From Candidatus Syntropharchaeum caldarium (GTDB lineage Archaea > Halobacteriota > Syntropharchaeia > Syntropharchaeales > Syntropharchaeaceae): a DNA stretch of 32,000 nucleotides. The DNA lies in assembly GCA_001766815.1 (NCBI GenBank), contig LYOS01000001.1:270001-302000 (forward strand), written 5' to 3'. Shown in pieces: positions 16,855 to 25,801 of the stretch. A program made the position numbers and the translations under genes. Under the pieces are notes generated by a model that worked only from the letters and a program-made list of their open reading frames with translations, was not told the DNA's origin and did no database searches. Numbering within the stretch: position 1 is the first letter of the stretch; every line of letters begins with the position of its first letter.

Positions 16855-17633
16855 ACAATACGAAGAATATGATAAAGGACTACTGGAATGGTAGATCATC
16901 GACCTTTGACAACTCTCCAGGGCACGTCATTGCCAATAGACGAGAAGAAACAGCATGGAAGTCTCTTCTTCAAGAAAAAATCGGTGAAACCGCTAAGAGA
17001 GTCCTTGACATAGGCACTGGTACAGGTTTTCTCTCGATTATGCTTGCTGAGATGGGATATGAGGTTGTTGGGCTTGATATATCAGAGGAGATGCTAAAAA
17101 GAGCAAATAAGAAGGCAATGGATCGGGGTGTTGAACTTGAGTTCAAACTGGGCGATGCTGAGAATCTTCCCTTTGAAACCGGATCATTCGATGCGATCGT
17201 GAATAGAGCGGTTCTATGGACGCTTCCAGATCCGAAGAATGCACTTACTGAGTGGAGACGTGTCCTGAAACCCGGCGGAAAACTCTGCTTCTTCCTTCAT
17301 GAACCGCATCCAGATGGAATGAGCCATCGAGTTCGAAAACAGATTGGAAACCTGTTCATCCTCATTTTTGAGAGAAGAAATCCATGGAACTCACTCTATG
17401 ACAGCGGGAAATTGGGGATAGAGCTTCCGTTCGGGGGTGGTGTGGAGCCGTCTGTGATAATTGAGCTTTTAGAAGAGACTGGATTCAGGCAGGTCTCTGC
17501 TGAGCCGATGGTAGAGATAGGCAGGTTAAAAAGAGAGGGTATACCTCTGTATCATAAAATAGCAACCAGCAAACACGTTCAGTACTGTTATACCGCTCTT
17601 AAACCGAATGGAGATGAACTTTCACAGGCGTAA
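16851..17633 (+). CDS. Class I SAM-dependent methyltransferase (paralog 2)
   Basis: VLDIGTGTGFLSIMLAEMGYEVVGLDISEEML, GDAENLPFETGSFDAIVN, WRRVLKPGGKL. ATGA overlap with paralog 1 (16851-16854). Confidence 0.85.
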   Translation: MNNTKNMIKDYWNGRSSTFDNSPGHVIANRREETAWKSLLQEKIGETAKRVLDIGTGTGFLSIMLAEMGYEVVGLDISEEMLKRANKKAMDRGVELEFKLGDAENLPFETGSFDAIVNRAVLWTLPDPKNALTEWRRVLKPGGKLCFFLHEPHPDGMSHRVRKQIGNLFILIFERRNPWNSLYDSGKLGIELPFGGGVEPSVIIELLEETGFRQVSAEPMVEIGRLKREGIPLYHKIATSKHVQYCYTALKPNGDELSQA

Positions 17634-17832
17634 AGGTAAAAGATAGATCATATTACAATTTGGATCCTCTGAGATGGAATTTCCTTCGTGATGGATGTAA
17701 GGCTTGTGAATAGAAGGAAATAATAAATATGGAAACGACAAAAACTGAACTGAGGATAGGGGGCATGAGATCTGGCTTGAAAAACTGAAAAACAAAGGTT
17801 CAAGGGAATGCAGAAAGAGGTGAAGTGATAAG

Positions 17833-18780
17833 GTGAACCCAGGCAATATCATCTTTGAGGCGCTTGAGATCTTCAAGCTGGTTCTACCTTTCATGTTTTT
17901 TGGACTGTTTTTAGCCAGTCTCATCCGCCTCTCGCCTTATTTTAAGCATATTGGATTGCCTATGTCACGTCTTGCATCAACCTCAAATCTCTCTGCGGAG
18001 TGTTCAACAGTGCTCACAATGTTCTTTGTTAACAACTGGGCCACGCTTGCAATGCTCTCTGATTTCTATCGAAAAAAGCTGGTAAGTGAAAAAGAGGTAA
18101 TTATAACGATGCTCGTTGGCTTTCTTCCAAAAGGGGTGCATGTTACCCTATTTTTCATGGCACCCATTGCAATCCCGGTACTCGGTCTTTCAGTTGGAGG
18201 GGTATACATATTGATGGAACTTTTAATCTATCTCGGAATCACCGCGGTTGGAATAGGACTGGGGAGGCTATGGCTCTATCCACAGATGCCTGGAGAGTTT
18301 GAGGATGGGAATCGCGAGGCGACCGCATGGCCGGAGAGATTGAAGATAAGCCTTACGGAGAGCGTGACTCAGTTCAAAAAGATAGTTGTGGTCTTGATCC
18401 CTACTGTGATAGTGGTCCTGTTACTTCTTGATCTTGGGCTGCTTGACCCGATCACCGAAGCCTGTGGCCCACTCTTAGATTCAGTGGGCCTTCCTTCTTC
18501 AAGCATGATAGTCATCGCTGCAAGCCTTATGAGCCAGATGGCTGCCATAGGAGCGGTCGGTACACTTCTCGGGAGTGGGTTGATCTCCCCTCTACACTGT
18601 TTGATCTTATTATTTATGGCACACTTCCTCCACATGGGTATAGGATGTATCAGACTGGGGCTTCCGATGAACATCTCACTCTTTGGCAGGTCACTGGGGT
18701 TAAAAGCTACGCTGATAACTTATTCGATGCTGGAGCTTGGCACCGCACTCGTCATCTTTTCGCTTGCTGGATTGCTCTGA
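17833..18780 (+). CDS. Polytopic membrane protein, possibly nucleoside-recognition (Gate/FeoB-C-like) domain
   Basis: 315 aa with a GTG start and multiple hydrophobic helices throughout. The resemblance to Gate-domain membrane proteins is an impression only. The coding call is well supported by length and hydrophobic periodicity; the function is not. Confidence 0.55.
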   Translation: MNPGNIIFEALEIFKLVLPFMFFGLFLASLIRLSPYFKHIGLPMSRLASTSNLSAECSTVLTMFFVNNWATLAMLSDFYRKKLVSEKEVIITMLVGFLPKGVHVTLFFMAPIAIPVLGLSVGGVYILMELLIYLGITAVGIGLGRLWLYPQMPGEFEDGNREATAWPERLKISLTESVTQFKKIVVVLIPTVIVVLLLLDLGLLDPITEACGPLLDSVGLPSSSMIVIAASLMSQMAAIGAVGTLLGSGLISPLHCLILLFMAHFLHMGIGCIRLGLPMNISLFGRSLGLKATLITYSMLELGTALVIFSLAGLL

Positions 18781-18837
18781 GAGAGTTCAAATGGTTTCAC
18801 TTAACAAGTTTTGATACTATTAAATAACACCAAAACC

Positions 18838-18852
18838 AAAAACTTTATTAAT
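18838..18852 (+). promoter_or_regulatory. Shared promoter cassette for the second SBP block
   Basis: Exact AAAAACTTTATTAAT. TAAGAGG starts exactly 26 nt after its last base, followed by a GGAGG Shine-Dalgarno and the ATG at 18902. Confidence 0.55.
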
Positions 18853-18901
18853 TAAGAATCCAATTCAATCACAATCTTAAGAGGAATGGAGGCTTTATTG
18901 A

Positions 18902-19164
18902 ATGAATCTGAATAAGATTGGTAGTTTAGCGATGGCAACTTTGATAGTCCTTGCGTCTGTTACGCTTCTGAGCATTGTGCCAGTATCGGCATCAGGTGAC
19001 TTCACATTGGGCATCTATGGCAATGCAAACCAGGATGATACGATCGATATGCGGGATGTCACAAAGATCGCACGGATGATCTGCTGGCTCGAGGATGAGG
19101 TGGAGTTAGCAGATGCGAAGTACGATGGGAATATAAATGTGCTTGATATAATCCAGACTGAGCT
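18902..19164 (+). repeat. Signal-peptide plus dockerin cassette, copy 2 (subtype 1)
   Basis: Near-identical to 12877-13139 (6 mismatches counted by eye). Confidence 0.9.
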
Positions 19165-20167
19165 TGTTATACTTGGAAGAGAGAAGGAGTTAACGGTTCT
19201 TGATTCTGCTGACAGGACGGTGACGGTTAAGGAGCCAGTTGAGAGGGTGGTTCCCCTTCACATGCGCCATGCAGGAACAGTCTGCGTGCTGGGTGCGGAT
19301 GATAAAGTGGTTGGCGTAGATAGTACGGTGATCTCACGCGGAAGGCTTTTTCCGGAACTCAGCACGCTGCCTTCCATTGGGACAGTACGGGTACCTGACC
19401 TGGAGCAGATATTGATGCTTAACCCGGATCTGATCATTACGTTCACAAACTTCCCTGACCCCGCCTCTCTTGAGGATAAGCTACCTGACACGGTATCTGT
19501 TATCCGTATGGACCTCTCAAGGGCAGATGATATACCAAGGGAGATGAAGATGCTTGGCTACATACTCGGCAGAGTCTCTGTGGCAGATGATTATATTGCC
19601 TGGTATGACGGGTATGTAGATGCGGTGAAGGAAAGGGTCTCAGCAATTCCAGCAGAGGAACGGGTCAACGTCTTTATGGAAAGGGAAAAGAAGACAGGGA
19701 AAGACCCACTTGTTCGATGGGCCTATGCATCAGGGACGGGATACACTGACCTATGTGCTGTGGCAGGTGGTATAAACATCGCGGAGGATTATATCGACTA
19801 TCACGGCGATGTCGAGACGGAATGGGTGGTTGACCAGAATCCAGATGTTATCATCGGATTATCCTACAAAGGTGGGTATGAGGTGGATGATGATACAGCG
19901 ATGAGGGAGTATTACGAGGAGATAATTGGTCTGCCAGGCTTTGAGAACGTCACCGCGGTTAAAGATGATCGAGTTCATATAATCTCGGGTGACTTCTCAA
20001 TCGGAGCACAGCTGCCCATCGGGATTGTAACGGTTGCAAAATGGTTCTATCCAGATAAATTCGAGGATCTTGATCCGGATGAGATTCACGAGGAGTTTCT
20101 CACGGAGTTTATGCAAATAGAGTACGATCTTGACGAATGGGGCGTGTTTGTGTACCCTGATATCTGA
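18902..20167 (+). CDS. Second FecB/BtuF-type ABC substrate-binding protein with an N-terminal dockerin (no adjacent permease)
   Basis: 421 aa. The first 88 aa or so are almost identical to 12877..14157 (signal peptide plus dockerin). The binding domain is diverged (ELTVLDSADRTVTVKEPVERVVPL..., NPDLIITF, DQNPDVIIGLS). Confidence 0.85.
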   Translation: MNLNKIGSLAMATLIVLASVTLLSIVPVSASGDFTLGIYGNANQDDTIDMRDVTKIARMICWLEDEVELADAKYDGNINVLDIIQTELVILGREKELTVLDSADRTVTVKEPVERVVPLHMRHAGTVCVLGADDKVVGVDSTVISRGRLFPELSTLPSIGTVRVPDLEQILMLNPDLIITFTNFPDPASLEDKLPDTVSVIRMDLSRADDIPREMKMLGYILGRVSVADDYIAWYDGYVDAVKERVSAIPAEERVNVFMEREKKTGKDPLVRWAYASGTGYTDLCAVAGGINIAEDYIDYHGDVETEWVVDQNPDVIIGLSYKGGYEVDDDTAMREYYEEIIGLPGFENVTAVKDDRVHIISGDFSIGAQLPIGIVTVAKWFYPDKFEDLDPDEIHEEFLTEFMQIEYDLDEWGVFVYPDI

Positions 20168-20208
20168 AAGATGCGATTAATTTGAATGAGGTAAGGAGGA
20201 ATTATTGA

Positions 20209-21948
20209 ATGAATCTGAATAAGATTGGTGGTTTGGCGATGGTAACTTTGATGGTGCTATCGATTCTACTGCCATTTACAGTTATGCCCGCGTCTGCAAC
20301 ACTCTTCGGTGATGCGAACACTGATACAACGATCGATATGCGGGATGTGACAAAGATCGCACGGATGATCTGCTGGCTCGATCCAGAGACAGACGCTGCA
20401 GATGCAAATAACGATGGATCTGTGAATGTGCTTGATATAATTTATACAGAGCTTATCATCCTTGAACGAGTGCCGTTTCCAGGTGGTGAACTCAGGGCAG
20501 CGATGATATTTGGGCCCAAAAGTGATTCACTCGATCCAGCTTACTCGTGGACAGGATGGTATGTGAGAAAAGCCGGGATTTACGAGACACTCTTCAGCTA
20601 TGACGAGAATATGAGACTTCAAGATGAGCTTGCAACAGGTTACAGCCAGATCAGCGATACCGAGTGGAGGATATACCTGCGAGACGGTGTCAGGTTCCAT
20701 GACGGCACACCACTAAACGCTGATGCCGTGATCTACTCCCTTGAGCGGGTGATGGATCCTTCAAACAGCAGGCACACACAGTACGACTTTATTGAGTCTG
20801 TATCAAAGTTTGATGAACACACGGTGACAATCATAACAAAAGAACCTTATGCCCCAACGATCGCAAGTTTGACAGATCCTGTGGTCTCGATCGTGAGTCC
20901 CGCGGCAAACGATCTCGCTCATAACCCTGTAGGTACAGGTCCGTTCAAGTTTGTCGACCATGAACAGGGTGTGAGTTTAACTGTTACAAGAAACGATGAC
21001 TACTGGGGTGGGGCTGTCAAGCTCGAGGGTGCGATCTTCTACTATGTGAGCGATCCATTGACAAGGTCACTCATGCTCGAGGGTGATGATGTCGATATCG
21101 CACGGGGTATACCACAGAGTGAGTACAATGAGATCGAGGATGATCCCGATCTCGAGGTTCTGACCAAAGAGACGCTTCGGACCTACTTCATGTATGTGAA
21201 TACGAGGAAAGCACCGCTTGATGATGTGAGGGTTAGACAGGCTATAAACTATTGCATCGATCGTGAAGAGATCGTTGATACAGCACTTGAAGGTGTCGGT
21301 GGCACGCCTACAAAGAGTGTCTTCCCATCGATTTTACCATGGTCTGCAAATGACGAGCTGGAGGGATACACGTTCAATCAGGCAGAAGCACTATCGCTAC
21401 TTGAAGCGGCTGGTATTACAGACACCGATGGCGATGGCTGGCTTGATTATAATGGTGAGACCTTTGAGCTTACGATAAAGACCTACACCAAGCGACCTGA
21501 GCTCCAGCCAACTGCTGAAGTGATGGTGAGCCAGCTTGAGGATATCGGGATCAAGGCAAGTGTGATTATCCTTGAAACAGGTGCTCTGAAGGCTGATATG
21601 AATGACGGTAACTTCGATCTTGCGCTCTATGCATGGGGTACCGCCCCGACAGGAGATCCGGACTACTTCCTCTCGTACCACTTTGAGTCAACAGGAAAGT
21701 ATGCGGGATGGACAGGTTATTCAAACCCTGATGTGGATAACTGGATAGAGCTTGGACGGAGAACGATGAACGAGGACGATCGATATGAGTACTATGCCAA
21801 TGTACAGGAGCAGATACTCGAGGACTCGCCAGAGATCTTTGTATTCTATCAGAACGAACTTGTAGGAGAGAATACACGGGTAATCGGCTATGAGATATTC
21901 CCGAACGAGATATCTTTCCTGACAAAGGATGTGTACATTGGAAAATAG
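20209..21948 (+). CDS. Family-5 (NikA/DppA/OppA-type) ABC substrate-binding protein with an N-terminal dockerin
   Basis: 579 aa. The signal peptide starts with the same MNLNKIGxLAM. Dockerin at about 20305-20469 (DANTDTTIDMRD..., DANNDGSVNVLD...). A typical family-5 core follows (LRDGVRFHDGTPLNADAVIYSLERV, NPVGTGPFKF). AAGGAGG Shine-Dalgarno upstream. Confidence 0.85.
   Translation: MNLNKIGGLAMVTLMVLSILLPFTVMPASATLFGDANTDTTIDMRDVTKIARMICWLDPETDAADANNDGSVNVLDIIYTELIILERVPFPGGELRAAMIFGPKSDSLDPAYSWTGWYVRKAGIYETLFSYDENMRLQDELATGYSQISDTEWRIYLRDGVRFHDGTPLNADAVIYSLERVMDPSNSRHTQYDFIESVSKFDEHTVTIITKEPYAPTIASLTDPVVSIVSPAANDLAHNPVGTGPFKFVDHEQGVSLTVTRNDDYWGGAVKLEGAIFYYVSDPLTRSLMLEGDDVDIARGIPQSEYNEIEDDPDLEVLTKETLRTYFMYVNTRKAPLDDVRVRQAINYCIDREEIVDTALEGVGGTPTKSVFPSILPWSANDELEGYTFNQAEALSLLEAAGITDTDGDGWLDYNGETFELTIKTYTKRPELQPTAEVMVSQLEDIGIKASVIILETGALKADMNDGNFDLALYAWGTAPTGDPDYFLSYHFESTGKYAGWTGYSNPDVDNWIELGRRTMNEDDRYEYYANVQEQILEDSPEIFVFYQNELVGENTRVIGYEIFPNEISFLTKDVYIGK
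20305..20469 (+). repeat. Dockerin cassette, subtype 2, N-terminal copy
   Basis: Shares an identical 53-nt run (ATCGATATGCGGGATGTGACAAAGATCGCACGGATGATCTGCTGGCTCGATCC, from 20332) with 27389 onward, plus further similarity up to the ...TACAGAGCTTATCAT end. Confidence 0.85.
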
Positions 21949-21964
21949 AAGAAATGGTTTGATC

Positions 21965-22000
21965 AGAGCAAAATGGCTTTATGCAGAGCTGTTTTGCTTT
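21965..22000 (+). terminator. Possible hairpin/attenuator after the SBP gene
   Basis: AGAGCAAAA (21965-21973) can pair with TTTTGCTTT (21992-22000), including one G:U pair, around a loop of about 18 nt (16 nt if the flanking T:G wobble also pairs). ACCATTTTTATTTAAT follows. The T/A-rich tail could instead be a TATA box for the next gene. Confidence 0.3.
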
Positions 22001-22034
22001 ACCATTTTTATTTAATCTTCAATCTGGTGTTCTT

Positions 22035-22790
22035 ATGGACGTAAAAGGTGTTATTGCAGACTACTGGGATAAAAGAAGCCATACATACCACAACGATTTA
22101 AATAAGCTTCGGGCAGATGAGCATTCGATCTGGGTGGGTGCACTTAAAGATGTCTTGAATGGTGGTGAGCATCTGAAGATACTCGATCTCGGAACAGGTC
22201 CTGGTTTTCTGGCACTGATCCTTGCAGAGATAGGACATGAGGTGACAGGTCTTGATATCTCGGAAGGCATGCTTGAGAAAGCGAGATACAATGCCAGAGC
22301 AAGAAATTTAATGATAGATTTCTGCCTGGCTGATGCAGAGAACCTTCCGTTTCAGGATGAAGACTTTGACCTTGTTGTGAGTAAATACCTCCTCTGGACG
22401 TTACCGCATCCGGAAAGAGCGGTGGACGAATGGAACCGTGTATTAAAACCGGGTGGTAAGGTTGTTTTAATCGATGGGGTCTGGTTTGATCCCGCCATAA
22501 ATAGGTGGCTTCGCCGCAACCTCTCAACCCTTCTTGCAATCGTTACTGAACGGAGAAATCCATGGAGATTTAAACGGTACTATAACCCGATAAAAGATAG
22601 ACTGCCGTTTTACAGCGGTGTGAAACCTCACGAACTTTACACCCTCTTCAATGAGGCTGGGCTTACAAATGTATCACTCAAACCCCTGAGCGAGGTGCAG
22701 GAATTTTATATGAACTGTGGATCGCTGTCTCGAAAGATAATACATAAAGAACCAAACTTTATTTTAACAGGTGAAAAAATAAGGTGTTAG
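22035..22790 (+). CDS. Class I SAM-dependent methyltransferase (paralog 3)
   Basis: The ORF-track entry 21981 is trimmed to ATG 22035 (MDVKGVIADYWDKRSHTY...), which aligns with the N-termini of paralogs 1 and 2 (IKEYWD / IKDYWN). ILDLGTGPGFLALILAEIGHEVTGLDISEGML, ADAENLPFQDEDFDLVVS, WNRVLKPGGKV. Its TAG stop abuts the permease ATG at 22791. Confidence 0.8.
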   Translation: MDVKGVIADYWDKRSHTYHNDLNKLRADEHSIWVGALKDVLNGGEHLKILDLGTGPGFLALILAEIGHEVTGLDISEGMLEKARYNARARNLMIDFCLADAENLPFQDEDFDLVVSKYLLWTLPHPERAVDEWNRVLKPGGKVVLIDGVWFDPAINRWLRRNLSTLLAIVTERRNPWRFKRYYNPIKDRLPFYSGVKPHELYTLFNEAGLTNVSLKPLSEVQEFYMNCGSLSRKIIHKEPNFILTGEKIRC

Positions 22791-23738
22791 ATGCTGTGGT
22801 ATATACTTAGAAGAGTCCTGCTCCTTCTTCCTACCCTGTTTTTAGTATCTATCATCAGCTTCTCTCTGATATACATAACTCCTGGGGATCCTGCAGAGAT
22901 ACTTCTAACAGGTCCGGGAGGGGGAGCAGATCCGAAAGCTGTCGAGGAGTTCAGGGTCAGGATGGGGCTTGATCAACCTTTCTATATCCAATACCTGAGA
23001 TGGCTAAATGACGTTCTGCATGGAGACTTTGGATATTCCTATATGACAGATCAGCCTGTAGCCGATACGGTTTTTGATAGTTTTCTCTCCACCCTGAAGC
23101 TTGCAGCGGTGAGTATGGTGATAGCACTTCTTATCGCAATTCCATTCGGTATCCTCGCCGCGATGAAGCACAACACGATAATAGACGATCTTAGCAGGTT
23201 GACAGCACTTATTGGTGTCTCTATCCCGAATTTCTGGCAGGGCTTTCTCCTTATTCTGATATTCTCCATATATCTTGGCTGGTTTCCGGTTGCAGGATAC
23301 GGCGATGGAGGAGATCTTAAACATATAATCCTGCCTGCAGTTACACTTGGAACAAGCTCTGCCGCGGTTACGATGAGATTGATGCGATCAAGCATGTTTG
23401 AGGCACTGGAACAGGATTACATAATAACTGCCAGGGCAAAAGGGTTACATGAGAGGGTTGTTATTGGAAAACATGCGTTAAAAAATGCGTTAATTCCGGT
23501 TGTAACGATGATAGGTTTGAACGCTGGATTTCTCCTGAATGGATCTCCGATCATTGAGGTGATATTCGCCTGGCCTGGAATCGGAAGACTTGTTGTATCC
23601 TCAATATACCAGCGAGATTATCCGATGATACAGGGCTCGATTCTCTTTGTTGCGATCATATTTCTTACTGTAAATTTTATTGTCGATATATTATACACAT
23701 ACATAAATCCGAGGATAAGATATGAGGCAGGTGATTAG
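22791..23738 (+). CDS. ABC permease, DppB/NikB/OppB type
   Basis: 315 aa. The N-terminus MLWYILRRVLLLLPTLFLVSIISFSLIYITPGDP and the motif ARAKGLHERVVIGKHALKNALIPVVT are typical of this family. Confidence 0.9.
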   Translation: MLWYILRRVLLLLPTLFLVSIISFSLIYITPGDPAEILLTGPGGGADPKAVEEFRVRMGLDQPFYIQYLRWLNDVLHGDFGYSYMTDQPVADTVFDSFLSTLKLAAVSMVIALLIAIPFGILAAMKHNTIIDDLSRLTALIGVSIPNFWQGFLLILIFSIYLGWFPVAGYGDGGDLKHIILPAVTLGTSSAAVTMRLMRSSMFEALEQDYIITARAKGLHERVVIGKHALKNALIPVVTMIGLNAGFLLNGSPIIEVIFAWPGIGRLVVSSIYQRDYPMIQGSILFVAIIFLTVNFIVDILYTYINPRIRYEAGD

Positions 23739-24552
23739 GAATCCAGGCATCCTCTTTGGAACTGCTGTAATCGTCTTTCTAATCTTTGTAGCCGTATTTG
23801 CAGGTTTTATCGCACCCCACGATCCAACAGAGACACATCTGAAAGATAGGTTGAGTTCACCATCATCAAAATATCCGCTTGGGACTGATCATCTTGGCAG
23901 GTGTATCTTAAGCAGAATCATCTATGGCACAAGGATCTCGCTTTCTGTTGGTGTTCTTGTGATAGGTGCATCGCTTCTTCTCGGGCTTCTTCTTGGTACG
24001 ATTGCAGGCTACTATGGTGGGATAATCGATGATCTGATCATGCGCATCGTCGATGGATTTCTGGCGTTCCCGAGTATGTTTCTTGCACTGGCTATAGCCG
24101 GCGCTCTTGGGCCCAGTCTGACCAATTTAATGATCGCACTCATCGTTGTGGAGTGGACAAGCTATGCGAGGGTTGTGAGGGGTTCTATACTTTCTATAAA
24201 AGATCAGATGTTTGTAGAGGCTGCAAGAGGACTTGGTGCAGGGGATATTTATCTTCTTACCCGTCACGTCCTTCCAAACATTCTCTCACCACTTATCGTG
24301 ATGGCAACGCTCGGGGTTGGCTACATCATACTCACAGCAGCGGGCTTGAGCTTCTTAGGATTGGGTGTACAGCCACCAACGCCAGAATGGGGGGCGATGT
24401 TGAATGACGGGCGCCTCTTCATGCGAAGTGCACCGCATATCATGATCTTTCCAGGGCTTGCAATAATGATAACGGTTCTTGCTTTCAACTTCCTTGGAGA
24501 CGGGCTGAGGGATGTGATGGATCCAAGGTTGAAGCAGGAAGTGATAGAATAG
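23722..24552 (+). CDS. ABC permease, DppC/NikC/OppC type
   Basis: 276 aa. FIAPHDP, PLGTDHLGRCILSRIIYGTRISL and VEAARGLGAGDIYLLTRHVLPNILSPLIV. Overlaps the preceding permease gene by 17 nt. No ATPase gene follows. Confidence 0.9.
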   Translation: MRQVIRNPGILFGTAVIVFLIFVAVFAGFIAPHDPTETHLKDRLSSPSSKYPLGTDHLGRCILSRIIYGTRISLSVGVLVIGASLLLGLLLGTIAGYYGGIIDDLIMRIVDGFLAFPSMFLALAIAGALGPSLTNLMIALIVVEWTSYARVVRGSILSIKDQMFVEAARGLGAGDIYLLTRHVLPNILSPLIVMATLGVGYIILTAAGLSFLGLGVQPPTPEWGAMLNDGRLFMRSAPHIMIFPGLAIMITVLAFNFLGDGLRDVMDPRLKQEVIE

Positions 24553-24583
24553 ATTGAATAGTAGCATTTGGTAATACTAAAAC

Positions 24584-24598
24584 AAAAAGTTTATTAAT
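24584..24598 (+). promoter_or_regulatory. Shared promoter cassette for the cooC-like / second Nik-type operon
   Basis: AAAAAGTTTATTAAT. TAAGAGG starts exactly 26 nt after its last base, followed by an AGAGGT Shine-Dalgarno and the ATG at 24646. Confidence 0.55.
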
Positions 24599-24645
24599 TA
24601 ATAGCTTGATTCTACCATGACCTTAAGAGGAACAGAGGTATAATC

Positions 24646-25404
24646 ATGAAGATCCTGATATGCGGTAAGGGCGGCAGTGGAAAGAGCACCGTATCAGCGC
24701 TTCTTGCAAGATCGATGGCAGGAAGGGGGAGAAAGGTTCTTGTGATCGATACGGATGAGTCAAACTTCGGACTGCATAGACAGCTTGGGATGGAACTCCC
24801 CCCTGACTTCATGAACCGCTTTGGTGGAAAGCAGGCGATGACCGAGAGGCTGAGAGAAGCGTTTCGTAGGGGTGAAGCGGTCAACGTCTTTGATCAGAAG
24901 TGGGAAGTTGATTCCATACCTGATGATTACATCCATACAAAGGACGGGGTAAAGTTGCTGGCGATCGGTAAGATCCATGACTTTGGTGAGGGATGTGCCT
25001 GCCCGATGGGTGCACTTTCGCGTGAGTTTCTCAAAAATCTTGAACTTAAAGACGATGAGGTTGTGATCGTTGACACCGATGCCGGGATCGAGCATTTTGG
25101 GAGGGGTGTGGAGGATGGGTGTGACCTGATCATCGTTGTTGTGGATCCATCCTATGAATCGCTCAAGCTCTCTCTAAAGATAGAGGAGTTAGCGGTCAGT
25201 ATCAAAAGACCTGTCTATTTCATTCTCAACAAAATTGACGATGAGAGCAGGGGCATAATGCTCGAATCATTGAATCAAGAGAGAGTTGCAGGAGAGATTC
25301 CATCAAACCGCGAGATCTTCAAAGCCTCCCTTGAGGGAAGAGAGCTTGATATGCGACTGGATGAGATTGAATCGCTCGTGGATAAGCTAAGTATGGAAAC
25401 ATGA
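24646..25404 (+). CDS. cooC: CooC-type (MinD/ParA-class) P-loop ATPase, putative nickel-insertion accessory protein
   Basis: Deviant Walker A ICGKGGSGKST, the Cys-x-Cys metal-bridging motif GEGCACPMG, and DTDAGIEHFGRG. The size of about 250 aa and these motifs match CO-dehydrogenase maturation factor CooC. Confidence 0.75.
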   Translation: MKILICGKGGSGKSTVSALLARSMAGRGRKVLVIDTDESNFGLHRQLGMELPPDFMNRFGGKQAMTERLREAFRRGEAVNVFDQKWEVDSIPDDYIHTKDGVKLLAIGKIHDFGEGCACPMGALSREFLKNLELKDDEVVIVDTDAGIEHFGRGVEDGCDLIIVVVDPSYESLKLSLKIEELAVSIKRPVYFILNKIDDESRGIMLESLNQERVAGEIPSNREIFKASLEGRELDMRLDEIESLVDKLSMET

Positions 25405-25787
25405 TTGTTATCAATATCCCATCCATCGATCTTGTGGATGCGGTTATGATCTGCTCAAAGAATTATCCAAAAGATGTGGATGAGTTTGAGGAGGCTAAAC
25501 TTACGGTCAGAGAATCAGAGAAGGTTAAAGCTCCATCTATCGCAGAATGCATCGGATGGATGGAGTGTGTTCTGGAAAAGGAAGTGGTTGAAGAGGGGAA
25601 ATATGCGATCATCATCGGAAAGGTGGTGTATCTCGAGGTGGATGATCAGTACCTCACAGTAGATGGTGCTATCGACCTTGAGAAGGCGAGGCCGCTCTCA
25701 ATGATGCCTGGGAAGGATGGAATGCAGTACACATATCCCAGGCCAATCGGAGAGGAGCGGCGTTATGCCGAGATGTCTATAAAGTAA
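25401..25787 (+). CDS. Flavin-reductase-like domain protein, apparently N-terminally truncated
   Basis: 128 aa with an ATGA overlap with cooC. EKVKAPSIAECIGWMECVLEKEVVEEGKYAIIIGKVVYLEVDDQYL...IDLEKARPL resembles only the C-terminal half of the FMN-binding split-barrel flavin reductase domain. No room exists upstream for the missing half. Confidence 0.45.
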   Translation: MIVINIPSIDLVDAVMICSKNYPKDVDEFEEAKLTVRESEKVKAPSIAECIGWMECVLEKEVVEEGKYAIIIGKVVYLEVDDQYLTVDGAIDLEKARPLSMMPGKDGMQYTYPRPIGEERRYAEMSIK

Positions 25788-25801
25788 GGAGGCTGTAAAG
25801 A

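Noticed and set aside
22788-22793. Methyltransferase 3 and the following permease share one reading frame separated only by a TAG, which suggested pyrrolysine read-through producing a fusion protein
   Set aside because: TAG clearly terminates at least six other well-supported genes in this window (ends at 5861, 9575, 16008, 21948, 24552 and 27532). A shared frame is expected by chance one time in three. I saw no pyrrolysine machinery or PYLIS-like evidence.
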